Virus record (IMG/VR): IMGVR_UViG_3300028794_000198
Coordinates: 26,049 to 90,048 of that record
DNA from: a virus
DNA: 64,000 bases
Reading direction: 5' to 3' (one strand)
The notes under the pieces are model-generated. The model was not told where the DNA came from, did not search any database, and saw only the letters and a list, made by a program, of their open reading frames with translations. How positions within the stretch are numbered: the stretch's first letter is position 1; each line of letters opens with the position of its first letter. The translations under genes were made by a program, and so were the position numbers. Positions 44,531-54,060 of the stretch are shown piece by piece.

Positions 44531-45895
44531 CTAGCTCTGCGCCATGTCGACGAAGCGCGAGTAGTGCCCTTGGAAGGCGGTCGTGATCGTCGCCGTGGGG
44601 CCGCCGCGGTTCTTGGCGACGATGAAGTCGGCTTCGCCGGCCCGCGGCGAGAGCTTTTCGTAGGCGTCTTCGCGGTGCAGAAGGATGACCATGTTGGCGT
44701 CCTGCTCGATGGCGCCGGATTCGCGGAGGTCGGACAGCAGCGGCTTCTTGTCTGCACGCTGCTCGGCGCCGCGGTTCAGCTGCGACATGGCGATCACGGG
44801 GACGTGGAGCTCCGCGGCGAGCTTCTTCAGGCTGCGGCTGATCTTCGCGACTTCCTGCTGCCGGTTCTCGGTGCGGCCGGACAGTTCGCCTTCCATGAGC
44901 TGCAGGTAGTCGATGACGACAAGTCGCAGGTCTCGCTTGCGCTTGATGCGCCGGCAGTGGGAGCGGATCTTCGTGAGCGTCAGCCCGGCGTCGTCGACGA
45001 TGTCGAGCGGCGCATCGTTGATCATCGGCCAGACCTTGGCGAGGCGGGCCCAGTCGTCGTCGGTCATGCCGTTCTGGCTCTGCATGTGGTGCAGCGGGAC
45101 GCGTGCCTGCGCTGACGCGATCTTCATCTTCAGTTCGGTTCGGGACATCTCCAGGCTGAAGAACACGGCGGGCAGGCCCTCGACGATCGTCGCGTGGCGG
45201 ACGATGTCGGTGCCGAGCGTGGACTTGCCGACGGCGGGCCTAGCCGCAATGACGATCAACTGGCCGGGCTGCAGGCCGTTGGTCAGCGAGTCGAAGTCGG
45301 TGAAGCCGGTCTTGACGCCCCGGGCCGGCCCGTCCTTCTGAAGGACTTCCAGCTGCTCAAGGAAGTCTTCGCCGTCGGCGCCGATGAGGGTGTCTTCGTC
45401 GCCGCGGCTGGTGTCGTCGACGATGCCGTCGACGTCGGCGCGAAGGTCATCGAGGAGCTCACCGGTGTCGCCGGTTCCGTCGGCAATCTGCCGGAGGGTG
45501 CGACTACAGGCCGACTGCAGGTCCCGTAGTACCGCCCTTTCGTGGATGATCTCGGCGTAGTGCTGGGCGTGGGCGACGCTGGCGACCTGCTGGACAAGAT
45601 GGCTCAGGTAGGCGATGCCGCCGATGCGGTCGATGTCGCCGCTCTTGATCAGGTCGTCGTTGACGACGATGGGGTCGATGGGCGCGCCGGCGTTGTAGCG
45701 GGCGACGATCGCCCGGAAGATCGTCTGGTGGGCGGGCCGGTAAAACTCTTCCGCGTTCTTGACGACCTCGGTGATGTCGGCGACCGCGTCGCGGGACAGC
45801 AGCATCGATCCGAGGCCGCCCGCTTCGGCGCCAATGTCGTGCGGGGCCCGCATGTCGCGCGGGGGCTCGTCGTCGTAGTCGTCGTCGTGGGTCAC
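44531..45895 (-). CDS. dnaB: Replicative DNA helicase, DnaB family
   Basis: PHD..AE, AARPAVGKS, FSLEMS, IDYLQLM, SQLNR, DLRESGAIEQDA, AKNRGG. Confidence 0.97.
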   Translation of the reverse strand: MTHDDDYDDEPPRDMRAPHDIGAEAGGLGSMLLSRDAVADITEVVKNAEEFYRPAHQTIFRAIVARYNAGAPIDPIVVNDDLIKSGDIDRIGGIAYLSHLVQQVASVAHAQHYAEIIHERAVLRDLQSACSRTLRQIADGTGDTGELLDDLRADVDGIVDDTSRGDEDTLIGADGEDFLEQLEVLQKDGPARGVKTGFTDFDSLTNGLQPGQLIVIAARPAVGKSTLGTDIVRHATIVEGLPAVFFSLEMSRTELKMKIASAQARVPLHHMQSQNGMTDDDWARLAKVWPMINDAPLDIVDDAGLTLTKIRSHCRRIKRKRDLRLVVIDYLQLMEGELSGRTENRQQEVAKISRSLKKLAAELHVPVIAMSQLNRGAEQRADKKPLLSDLRESGAIEQDANMVILLHREDAYEKLSPRAGEADFIVAKNRGGPTATITTAFQGHYSRFVDMAQS

Positions 45896-46488
45896 TTGTT
45901 GCCGCCCTTCCTGCGGTCGGCGCCGGTGAAGTGGGCGATGGTGGCGCCGTCGCCGAGGCGGGAGGACGCGCGGTCGCCCAGGACGTCGCGGATCTCGGGG
46001 GGCGTCAGGTTGGTGGCGATGAGCGTGGGGCGGCGCTTCTGCCAGCGGTTGTCGATGAGTTCGCTGATGGCGTCGGCGGTCCAGTCGTTGACGGCTCGCG
46101 CACCGAGATCGTCGATGGCGTACACGTCTGCCTCGCGCCAGGCGGTGAGCTGCTCGTGATCGAGGGGCCGGTCCGTTGCGAGCTTGACGTCGTAGGTGGT
46201 GGCGATGCGGAACTGGCCTGCCCAGCCGGAGCGGATCAGCGTCTCGTTGAGCTTCCACAGGTGCCACGTCTTCGTGGTGCCGATCTCGCCGGTGAGGATC
46301 AACGATCCGTGGCGGCCGGCAAGGAAGTTGTTCATCCAGGCGCGGACGTCGGGGCGCAGCTCACCGGAGTCGGCGAAGGCGGCGGGACGGCGAGCCAGGA
46401 AGGCGTCCAGCCGGAAGGCGACGGCTTCGGCTTGGGCCTCTGCGCGCCAGGAGGCGTGGTCGTGGGGGTCGTAGGCGGTTGTGTTCAT
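45892..46488 (-). CDS. DnaC/IstB-like ATPase (helicase loader)
   Basis: GEIGTTKT, IDDLG, LIDNRW..RPTLIATN, GDR.SSRL, GADRR. Confidence 0.9.
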   Translation of the reverse strand: MNTTAYDPHDHASWRAEAQAEAVAFRLDAFLARRPAAFADSGELRPDVRAWMNNFLAGRHGSLILTGEIGTTKTWHLWKLNETLIRSGWAGQFRIATTYDVKLATDRPLDHEQLTAWREADVYAIDDLGARAVNDWTADAISELIDNRWQKRRPTLIATNLTPPEIRDVLGDRASSRLGDGATIAHFTGADRRKGGNK

Positions 46489-47420
46489 GATGCGAACAGG
46501 TCCTCCACTGATGAGTTCGTGTAGTCGTCTGCGGTGTGCGTGTTGGCGCGGGATCCGGTGCCTTGGCGGCGGGAGCTGGCGGGGCCGGGGGTGTTTCGCT
46601 GCTCGCGGTCGCGGGCTCTCTTGGCCGAGTCGGCGATCCACTTCTGCCAGGCGTCGTGCCAGTTGCGCTTACGGCGGCCTTCGGCCCGCCAGTAGCGGAT
46701 GAACTGCTCGGTCTCGAAGTCGGGATCGAGGTTCGGATAGAGCGCGACGACCCAGCGGCGCATCGTGTCGTTGAGGTAGAAGTCGTCGGGGATTTCGTGG
46801 GAGCCGTCAGGCTCGACGGCGCGCACTACACGACCCGCGCTCTCTCCATCTACAGCAACCACAGATATGGGGTACGGGTCGGGTCGGGTCGGGGCGCTGT
46901 TAGTAACGCCGTGACGAAGCTCGATGACCTGCGAGTCTTCATCTGAAACGGCACGTTTTGAAGTCGCCGTCGTGTCGCCGTCGTGCTGCGTTCGTGTCGC
47001 CGTCGTGTCGCCGTCGTGCGTTTCGTCGTCATGCGTAACGCCGTTACTGACGCCGTTACTTGACCCATCCGGCGGCGCCGGCTTGCCGTTCTTGCGGCGG
47101 CGGAAGCGCTCCTGTCGCTCGGCGTTCCTCTTCCGCTCCAAGAGCACCTGCTCGCGGCTCGGGTTGTAGTCGAGGTAGTCGTGGATCAGCCACCCCTCGT
47201 CGGTGCGATCCCAGACGCCGGCCTCTTCCAGCTGCTTGGCGGTCGCCTTGATGGCGCGGATGTTGGCGACGAGCGTGAGTTCGCGGTCGCTGATGTGCCC
47301 GTCCGTGAGGTTTTCGGCGCACCAGCAGATCGCGGAGACGTGCAGCCGGAAGGCCCGATCGGACAACAGCGCAACCTTCCGATGGGAAGGGAAGCGGTCG
47401 TCGAGCTTGACCCAGGGCAT
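46485..47420 (-). CDS. Phage replication initiator (lambda O-like organisation)
   Basis: MPWVKLDD.F..HRK...LTDG...IHDYLDYNPS; repeat-rich linker; C-terminal F..YW...W...W.KW; upstream of loader and helicase. Confidence 0.85.
   Translation of the reverse strand: MPWVKLDDRFPSHRKVALLSDRAFRLHVSAICWCAENLTDGHISDRELTLVANIRAIKATAKQLEEAGVWDRTDEGWLIHDYLDYNPSREQVLLERKRNAERQERFRRRKNGKPAPPDGSSNGVSNGVTHDDETHDGDTTATRTQHDGDTTATSKRAVSDEDSQVIELRHGVTNSAPTRPDPYPISVVAVDGESAGRVVRAVEPDGSHEIPDDFYLNDTMRRWVVALYPNLDPDFETEQFIRYWRAEGRRKRNWHDAWQKWIADSAKRARDREQRNTPGPASSRRQGTGSRANTHTADDYTNSSVEDLFAS
46903..47062. repeat. Iterons / putative origin inside the initiator gene
   Basis: GTCGCCGTCGT at 46963, 46974, 46996 and 47007 in 11-bp phase; GTAACGCCGTTAC-type repeats near 46903, 47035 and 47047. 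Confidence 0.7.
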
Positions 47421-47503
47421 TGGAGCTTCTTTCGGGAGGTGTGGTCAGGGGCTGTGGGCGCACGGAACCAGGGCGCTTACGGAGGCCTGTTCAACCCCTC
47501 CCC

Positions 47504-47590
47504 GCCATAGCTATGATAGCTAAGAACGCTAAGAAATCGATAGCTAAGGGAGCCACCATGACTGTCATGGCCATCAGCGGTTACGCTGTG
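47504..47590 (+). promoter_or_regulatory. Operator/promoter region of the antitoxin-like gene
   Basis: Repeated (ATA)GCTA(A/T)G; palindrome CCATGAC-T-GTCATGG; -10 TACGCT 6 nt before ATG. Confidence 0.55.
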
Positions 47591-47593
47591 CCT

Positions 47594-47878
47594 ATGAGCG
47601 ACCGGCCGACCGTGCACCAAAACCAGATCGCCGAGGCGCGCAACGTCCTCGGCCAGGTGATCGCGCGCGCCCGCTTCGGCGGCGAGCCGACGGTCCTCAT
47701 CAACCGCGGCCAGAAGGCCGGCGCGATCGTCAGCTACGAAGACTTCGCGACCCTCTGGGAACTCCGCGCCTACCTGGAGGAGTTGGAGGCCGACGACCGG
47801 CCGAGCGGCAGGGTCAACGCCCGTGCTCTCCGTGAAGCGCTCGATATCGCGAAGCGCCGCGCTCTCGACTCGTCCTGA
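47594..47878 (+). CDS. Phd/YefM-family antitoxin-like protein (orphan)
   Basis: IAEARNVLGQVI.RA...EP.VL..RG...GAIVS. Confidence 0.85.
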   Translation: MSDRPTVHQNQIAEARNVLGQVIARARFGGEPTVLINRGQKAGAIVSYEDFATLWELRAYLEELEADDRPSGRVNARALREALDIAKRRALDSS

Positions 47879-47932
47879 CACTTCCCCTCCTCTCGTCTCG
47901 GCCTCGCCCTTGCGGGGCCGCTGCTGTTTCCG

Positions 47933-49111
47933 CTAGCTGGCGTTCCGGTACCTGCTCGGCTGGTGGTCGTCGCACAGCCAGCCAGCCGGATACAGGCGCG
48001 CAGACTGGCCGCACTTGACGCGCCCGGCCTCGCAGACGCCGGGAACCGGGCGCCGGATCGCTGGCGCCACCAGTTCGGATGCCGCGGTGACGCCCCGCAG
48101 GGGTTCGGGCAGGTTGACGGCCTGAAGGCGCATCTCTTCCAGCTCCGCTTCCTTCGCCTGGGAGTGGCCGCCGGGTTCGCCCTTCCGGGTCCGCACCCCC
48201 TCGGCCGCCGCTCCGTCGGTCTGCGGCGCGGCCGGGCTGGCTATGTAGGCGAGGTACTGGCCATACGAGGCCATGTCGGTCCAGAAGAACCTGGGCGCCC
48301 GGATCACCCTGGCGTCGACAACGGGCATGTAGGCGCCGATGGGTGCACCGCGAAGAACGTCGTCCAACTGGCCGGCCGTGACCTGCCCGCGGGCGTGGGG
48401 CTTGCCGCAGCCGCTGAACTTGCCGTTCGGGCACTCGTGGCCGCTGCGCACCGTGCAGGTGTAGATCTCTATGCGGTAGACACCACCGCGGAACTCGTGC
48501 CGGTAGTTGGGATTCACGATCACCTTCGGCGGCAGGTCACCGTCGGTGCGCAGGATCGGCACCTGGCCGCGCACCTTGTCGCTGGTGGAGTGCCACATCG
48601 CCGTTCGCCCGACCGCGGCAGCAAGGCGTGTCCGCTCGGGTGCGCTGTACCGGCCGTTGGCGCTGAACGGGGAGTGCTGGTGTTCGTAGGCGATCGTCAA
48701 CGTTCCCGTGAGGAGCACGTCGGCGCGGGTCTTCATGTTCGGCGCCCACGCTTCCCGGCGCGGCTTGTAGCCTTCGGCCTCGCCGATGGTGAACGCGCGG
48801 TCGTTCCACGCCCGGTGCTCCGGCGTTTCGACGGGCTCGTAGTCGTGGTCGGGCCGCGCCTCGCCCGGCTGGTGGCTGCAAACGGGCGTGCCCTTGGCGG
48901 TGCTGTACGTCTTCAGCCACTGGACTTCGCCGTACAGCTCCCAGCATTTGGCGCACTGGACGAGCTTGGCCTTGGGTGAGTTGACGTTCCGTCCGCGCAG
49001 CTCCGTCCACTCGTCGCTGGTGAGTCCCGCCGCGTCGACGACGCCCTTGTCATTGCGTGCAGCGCGGGCGCAGACGCTGCCGTCGGTGATGACGATCTGG
49101 TTGTTCAGCAC
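47933..49111 (-). CDS. CoiA-like PD-(D/E)XK nuclease
   Basis: CxxC...H..., ETPEH, RADV, EHQHS. Confidence 0.75.
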   Translation of the reverse strand: MLNNQIVITDGSVCARAARNDKGVVDAAGLTSDEWTELRGRNVNSPKAKLVQCAKCWELYGEVQWLKTYSTAKGTPVCSHQPGEARPDHDYEPVETPEHRAWNDRAFTIGEAEGYKPRREAWAPNMKTRADVLLTGTLTIAYEHQHSPFSANGRYSAPERTRLAAAVGRTAMWHSTSDKVRGQVPILRTDGDLPPKVIVNPNYRHEFRGGVYRIEIYTCTVRSGHECPNGKFSGCGKPHARGQVTAGQLDDVLRGAPIGAYMPVVDARVIRAPRFFWTDMASYGQYLAYIASPAAPQTDGAAAEGVRTRKGEPGGHSQAKEAELEEMRLQAVNLPEPLRGVTAASELVAPAIRRPVPGVCEAGRVKCGQSARLYPAGWLCDDHQPSRYRNAS

Positions 49112-49210
49112 AGCCGCGGGTTCCTTTCGAGTGGGTGCGGGCCCCGCCACGGCGGGGCTTCGCTATGTCCTGCCTTGGGGTGCATGTCCGGCTGGTGTGC
49201 GGGATGGGTG

Positions 49211-49423
49211 TCAGGGCCCGGCGCGCGGGCGGGCGTGGTCGGGGCACAGGTCGCGCCCGTCCCGGGTCCATCGCCAGCCGCGGCCTTTGAGCAGTCGCCG
49301 GAGTTCGCGGTGGATGTGCGGCTCGAACCGGACGGGCCAGCTGCCTTCCGCTCCACAGCGGCCGTCGGATTCGGTCTGGTCTGCCGCGTCGCAGCGGAGG
49401 ACGAGGTAGGCGTCGGCGGTCAT
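49211..49423 (-). CDS. Small Zn-binding protein
   Basis: CD...CG...GW...DLCPDH. Confidence 0.65.
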   Translation of the reverse strand: MTADAYLVLRCDAADQTESDGRCGAEGSWPVRFEPHIHRELRRLLKGRGWRWTRDGRDLCPDHARPRAGP

Positions 49424-50472
49424 GCGGCGGCCTCGCCTTCGTCGGCTGCACGCATGGGGATGCCGAAGGCGGCTGAGATGACGTGTTCGGCCAGAAGGCA
49501 CGGGACCGCGTTGCCGATCTGCTCGTAGCGCTTCGTCTGGCTCCCCTGGAACGGGTGGCCCACCGGGAAGCTCTGCACCAGCGCGGCGTCTTCCGGCGTG
49601 ACGCGGATGGTGTCCCGCCGTCCCCCGCGGTAGGCGGGGAGCTGGTCGGCGTCGACGATGCGCCTGCAGTCGATCCACCGGCCGGCGTCGCGTTCGCCGT
49701 ACAACGTGGCGCGGGCGCCGGAGCCTCCGACACAGGAGGGGTCGGGTCCGCCGGCCGCGGTGCCGACGGCGATGGTGAGTGCGGGCCGGTGGGTCATGCC
49801 CCAGCCGATGGCGTCGGCCATGGAGATCCACGGCTTGAGTCCGAAGGCTTCCTGTACCTGGGTCTCGCCCCTGCGATAGCGGTGGTGGGTGGGCTGCGGG
49901 AGCCGTGCTTCGCCGTTGAGGGTGGCGACGAGGAAGGCGCGGCTGCGGGTCTGCGGTACGCCGTACTCCTCGGCGGACAGGCGCCCGGTGGCGACGCTGT
50001 ATCCCTCGGCGCGCAGGTGTCCGGCGAAGGCTTCCCAGACGGGGAGCACGGTGGGCACCTGCTCCAGCAGGATCGTGCGGTACGGGCGTCCGGCGTCCTT
50101 CGCTTCCAGCGCCCAGCGCAGCGGCTCCAAGACGAGCCCGGTCCGCTCGTCGTCAAAGCCCTTCAGTGCCAGGGCGATGCTCTGCCGGGCGGTAAGCAGC
50201 TGCGCCAGGTCGAGGACGGTGTCGAGCGCCTTCCGCCCTCCACCCTTCCCTCCGACAGAGAATGGCTGACAAGGCGGAGAGCCGATCGCGGTGGTGGCGT
50301 CGGGGAAGTCGGCGGGCCCGTAGTCGCGGACGTCGCCTTCGACGGTTCCAAGCCCGGCCGCGCGCCGCGTCTCGCATGCGGCGTGGTCGCGTTCGATGCC
50401 GGTCACGTCCAGGCCGAGCCGGGTGGCGCCCACGTCCCAGCCGCCCGGCCCGGCGAAGAGGTCCACGATCAT
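49420..50472 (-). CDS. DNA (cytosine-5) methyltransferase
   Basis: DLFAGPGG, GSPPCQ, EQV, PQTRSR, QIGNAVP. Confidence 0.93.
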   Translation of the reverse strand: MIVDLFAGPGGWDVGATRLGLDVTGIERDHAACETRRAAGLGTVEGDVRDYGPADFPDATTAIGSPPCQPFSVGGKGGGRKALDTVLDLAQLLTARQSIALALKGFDDERTGLVLEPLRWALEAKDAGRPYRTILLEQVPTVLPVWEAFAGHLRAEGYSVATGRLSAEEYGVPQTRSRAFLVATLNGEARLPQPTHHRYRRGETQVQEAFGLKPWISMADAIGWGMTHRPALTIAVGTAAGGPDPSCVGGSGARATLYGERDAGRWIDCRRIVDADQLPAYRGGRRDTIRVTPEDAALVQSFPVGHPFQGSQTKRYEQIGNAVPCLLAEHVISAAFGIPMRAADEGEAAA

Positions 50473-51905
50473 GCCGCCGCCTCCTCGGTCTCGCCGTAGT
50501 GGCGTGCGACGAGGGGCTGCCAGTCGATGCCGGTTGCGGCGCCGACGACTGCTGCTGCGGCGCGGGGGCACCAGGCGTTGCCGACCTGCTCGAACTGCTT
50601 GGTCCTGGTGCCCTGCCACGGGTAGTCGGCGGGGAATGACTGGAGGACTGCCGCCTCAGTAACGGTGATGCGCACGGTGTCGGGGCTGGCGAACTGGGAC
50701 TCGCCGTCGCTTGAGCGGTCACGGTGGCCGGGCGGGGCGATCCTGTCGGTGGCGCACACGGTGGTGGCTGGTCGAGTATTGGTCCACTCGTACTCGTTGC
50801 GGGCGTTCCCGAACGCGAGGGTTGCGGCCGGCTCGTCCACCGTGCGTACCGTGGCGTTGGCGCGGGCGTTGTGCTTGAGCATCCACTGACTGCCGGATTG
50901 GACTGTAAAGGCAGGTGCGGGTGCGGTGTGCGGGTTGATCGTCTGCCTGGTGCCGTCCGGCTGCTGATGGCGGTTGGTGTGCAGGATCCAGGAGCGGGCC
51001 TTCTCGGTGAGAGCCCACGATGGCTCGTCGACGCCGAAGTTGTTGCCGCCCGGCGTCTTGCGGTCGCCGCGGGTGTTGACCACGTCGGATGCTTCCAGGT
51101 TGAGCGCCTGGGCCATGGACACCCACGGCTTCAGGCAGTCACCGAACAGGTCGTGTGCCGGATCCTCATCGTGGGTGGCATCGGGTGCGGCGACGCGGCG
51201 GACGCTGGACGCGATGAGTACGGCGCGTTTCCGTGTCTGCGGCACCCCGTAGTTGGCGGCGTTGAGGATGCCCGTCCATACCGACCAGCCGAGGCGGCGC
51301 AGTTCTTCGGCGTACACCTTCCACAGCGGGAGGACGCCGGGCACCTGCTCGAATGCCGCCCATTCCAGGGGTATGCCGCCGCTGGCGTCGCCGGTGATCA
51401 GAGCGTGCAGGTAGCGGGCGGGTTCGAGGATGAGGACGGTGACGAACGCGTCGTCGCGGGCCGCGGCCTCTACCTTGTCCTGCGTCCACGGCTTGCGGCG
51501 CTTGGCGTTGGCCGCCTGCTGCTCGGCGAGGGCGGCCGGGTAGATCTGGTCGCGGAGTTCCCGGCGGCAGTCATCGCCACGGAACATGCGCTGGATGCCG
51601 CTGGCGAGCAGACCCATGACCTTCAGGCCGAACTGCTTGCCGGCGGCGGAGAACTTGGTGCAGGGCGGGGAGAAGACGGCGCCCCAGACGCGGCCGACGA
51701 GCGGCGCCAGGACGAAGGAGGACACGTCGACGCGCACGGTCAGGTGCCCGGCGGCGGCCCGGGTCTTGCAGGCCGCCTCATCCCATTCGAGGCCGACGTC
51801 CTGGAGGCCGAGCATGCGGAGGCCTTCCGACCAGCCACCAGGACCCGCGAAGAGGTCGAGGATGATGCCCTTCTGCTGCGGGGCCCACGCGATGTTGAAA
51901 CTCAC
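50469..51905 (-). CDS. DNA (cytosine-5) methyltransferase
   Basis: DLFAGPGG, SPPCT, EQV, PQTRKR, QVGNA. Confidence 0.93.
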   Translation of the reverse strand: MSFNIAWAPQQKGIILDLFAGPGGWSEGLRMLGLQDVGLEWDEAACKTRAAAGHLTVRVDVSSFVLAPLVGRVWGAVFSPPCTKFSAAGKQFGLKVMGLLASGIQRMFRGDDCRRELRDQIYPAALAEQQAANAKRRKPWTQDKVEAAARDDAFVTVLILEPARYLHALITGDASGGIPLEWAAFEQVPGVLPLWKVYAEELRRLGWSVWTGILNAANYGVPQTRKRAVLIASSVRRVAAPDATHDEDPAHDLFGDCLKPWVSMAQALNLEASDVVNTRGDRKTPGGNNFGVDEPSWALTEKARSWILHTNRHQQPDGTRQTINPHTAPAPAFTVQSGSQWMLKHNARANATVRTVDEPAATLAFGNARNEYEWTNTRPATTVCATDRIAPPGHRDRSSDGESQFASPDTVRITVTEAAVLQSFPADYPWQGTRTKQFEQVGNAWCPRAAAAVVGAATGIDWQPLVARHYGETEEAAA

Positions 51906-52780
51906 GCGGCAGCCCCCAGCCCGGCCTTGGCCGTCTTCTCTTGCTGGGGGCGGACGCGCTTCTGTCCGCTGCGCCATTCCTGGACGATCTGGCGGACGGT
52001 GGAGATGGACACCTCGTTGTCGAGGCGGGCGAGGATCTGCTCAGGGGTGTCGCCGTGCCAGGCGAAGTGGATGATTTCTTCGCGGCGGAGTTCGGCCCGC
52101 TCGTGGAAGTTGAGCTGGACGGCTGGTGCGTCTGGCTCACAGTCGGGGTTGTCTATGTCGTCCCAGGCGCCGGGTGGCGCCCAGCCTTCGCGGGCGGCCC
52201 GTCGTTCGTTCTTCCAGTTGGTGCCGCGCTGGTGGACGAGTTGCCGGTAGGTCTCGGCGAGGGCGGTGGCCGCTTTGTTGTCGATGACGTTCCAGCGGGC
52301 TTCGGCGAGGAGGCTGATGCTGGCGATGCTGAGCCCGCTGCGTGTGGAGATGTCGGCGCGCCCGTGGCCGAGGCTGTAGAGGGCGCGGACGCGTCGGATG
52401 GATCCGATGGCGGGGCGTTCGGCGTTGCCGTCGAAGCGGTGTGGCCGGACGGTGAGGATCCGGCGGGCCACGTCCGCCTGGCAGGTTTTGTTGCGGCCGG
52501 TGGTGACGTAGGAGATGGCGGACTGGGCGACGCCGGCCTCTCGGGCGATCATGGTTTGGCTCATGCCGGTCGCACGCAGCATCAGGATGTGCGGCAGGAC
52601 TTCGGCGACGGGAACGAGGCTGCGTTCGCCGCGCTGGCGGCGGAGTTCCCGTTCCAGGTCGGCGCGCCGGTGGCCGCGCTGGCACAGCTTGCACCGGCAG
52701 GGCGGCCGGGTGCCGGTGCGGTTGCCCTTGTAGCGGGCATCGGTGCCGTGTTCGGGGATGGCGTTGGCTGCGGTGGTCAT
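51902..52780 (-). CDS. Multi-HTH DNA-binding protein
   Basis: HGT..Y...CRC..C; GMSQTMIAREAGVAQSAIS; GWAPP.AWDDID. Confidence 0.8.
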   Translation of the reverse strand: MTTAANAIPEHGTDARYKGNRTGTRPPCRCKLCQRGHRRADLERELRRQRGERSLVPVAEVLPHILMLRATGMSQTMIAREAGVAQSAISYVTTGRNKTCQADVARRILTVRPHRFDGNAERPAIGSIRRVRALYSLGHGRADISTRSGLSIASISLLAEARWNVIDNKAATALAETYRQLVHQRGTNWKNERRAAREGWAPPGAWDDIDNPDCEPDAPAVQLNFHERAELRREEIIHFAWHGDTPEQILARLDNEVSISTVRQIVQEWRSGQKRVRPQQEKTAKAGLGAAA

Positions 52781-53124
52781 GGCTGCGGCTTCTCCTTCCG
52801 GGTCTGCTCGGTGGCGTCGAGGATGTTCTGGCAGGTGATGAGGTCGTTGATGTGGCTGCCGGGTGCGGTTTCGCGCTGGGGCGGGTCGGTGCACAGTTGT
52901 CGCCAGGCGGCGGTCCGGTCGCGGCGTTCGTCGCGCCGGTCGCGGAGCCAGCCGACGAGGTGGAGCGCGGCCCCGATGCCGCACAAGAGGGCGATGAGTC
53001 CGCCGAGCTGCCAGACGAGGACGACGGGCAGTCCCCACTCGTCGATCTGGAGCAGGTACCAGTCGGCGGCGGCGTGCAGGTTGTGGCCTGCGGTGCGGTA
53101 GGCGTCGTACAGCTCGGTGCTCAC
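52777..53124 (-). CDS. Membrane protein
   Basis: TM segment; coupled. Confidence 0.55.
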   Translation of the reverse strand: MSTELYDAYRTAGHNLHAAADWYLLQIDEWGLPVVLVWQLGGLIALLCGIGAALHLVGWLRDRRDERRDRTAAWRQLCTDPPQRETAPGSHINDLITCQNILDATEQTRKEKPQP

Positions 53125-53203
53125 GTCCGCCTCCCGACGGCCCATTCGATGGCGGCCCAGGCGGCGCCGACGATGACGGCGATCACGAAGAGGAGGCCGA
53201 GAT

Positions 53204-53560
53204 TCATGCCGCCCTCCGCTCGCTGCGGGCGGCGATGGCGTTGAGCCGTTCGGCCGACAACGTGTAGACCTTGATCGGCTTCCCGTGGGTGGACGCGGCC
53301 GTCGACGGTTCCTCACCGACGACGACCACCTGCCGGGGGCTGCGACGGCGGACCAGCGAGTGGAAGAACAGGCCGGCCGTACCGTGGGCGAGTTCGGGCA
53401 GCACGGCCCGCAGGTCGTTGGCACTGAACGGCCTACCGTCGCCACCGATTGCGTCGATGGCCTGGTTGAGGAGGGCCTCGTCCCAGTCGGTGACGTTGGC
53501 GTAGAGGGTGGCGAGGGTGGTGTTCGCCTGCTCGCGGGCCTCGGCGGGGGTGATGGTCAT
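53204..53560 (-). CDS. Hypothetical protein (wHTH-like)
   Basis: PFSANDLR...HGKPIKVY. Confidence 0.65.
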   Translation of the reverse strand: MTITPAEAREQANTTLATLYANVTDWDEALLNQAIDAIGGDGRPFSANDLRAVLPELAHGTAGLFFHSLVRRRSPRQVVVVGEEPSTAASTHGKPIKVYTLSAERLNAIAARSERRAA

Positions 53561-53994
53561 GAGGTGGCCTCCTCGTCGGCGATCTCGGCGTCCTGCGCGG
53601 GCGTGACGGCTTCCAGCTCGGCGTCCGACATCAGCCAGTGCGGGAGCCGGCCGGTGTTGAGCACGACTCGGATGTCCTTGGCGGCGCGGGAGATCTGGGC
53701 GGCGCGGGAGATCTGGGCGGCGCGCGCCCGGCCGACGTCGGTGGTGGCCTTGGCGGCGATCTCCTCGTACCGCTCGGCGAGCGTGTTGAGGGCGGACAGG
53801 GTGGCGCTGGGGTCGTCTCCGCCGCCGTCCCATCCGTTGGCGACGTGCCGCAGGACGTAGGCGGCGCCTTCCTTGCCCATGCCGTTGGCGACGGCCTCGA
53901 TTTCGACGCCGCCCTCGGTCTTGCCGGGCCGGATGATGACGAAGGCGAGGGCGTCCGTGCCGTCGACGGCGGTGATGGTCGTGTTGGCGGTCAT
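53557..53994 (-). CDS. Hypothetical protein
   Basis: AGGAG RBS; internal 18-bp duplication (AAQISR twice). Confidence 0.65.
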   Translation of the reverse strand: MTANTTITAVDGTDALAFVIIRPGKTEGGVEIEAVANGMGKEGAAYVLRHVANGWDGGGDDPSATLSALNTLAERYEEIAAKATTDVGRARAAQISRAAQISRAAKDIRVVLNTGRLPHWLMSDAELEAVTPAQDAEIADEEATS

Positions 53995-54060
53995 TCGTGG
54001 TCTCCTGAGTGAGCCGGGGCCCCGCTTGTTTGCGGCGAGCGGGACCCCGGGATGGCGGAT

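Noticed and set aside
24423-46488. Walker A variants GSSGSAKT (TraB-like) and GEIGTTKT (loader) as signs of inactivation
   Set aside because: Catalytic KT and Walker B are intact and the frames are uninterrupted
53680-53724. 18-bp tandem duplication
   Set aside because: Simple in-frame slippage (AAQISR twice); no evidence of function
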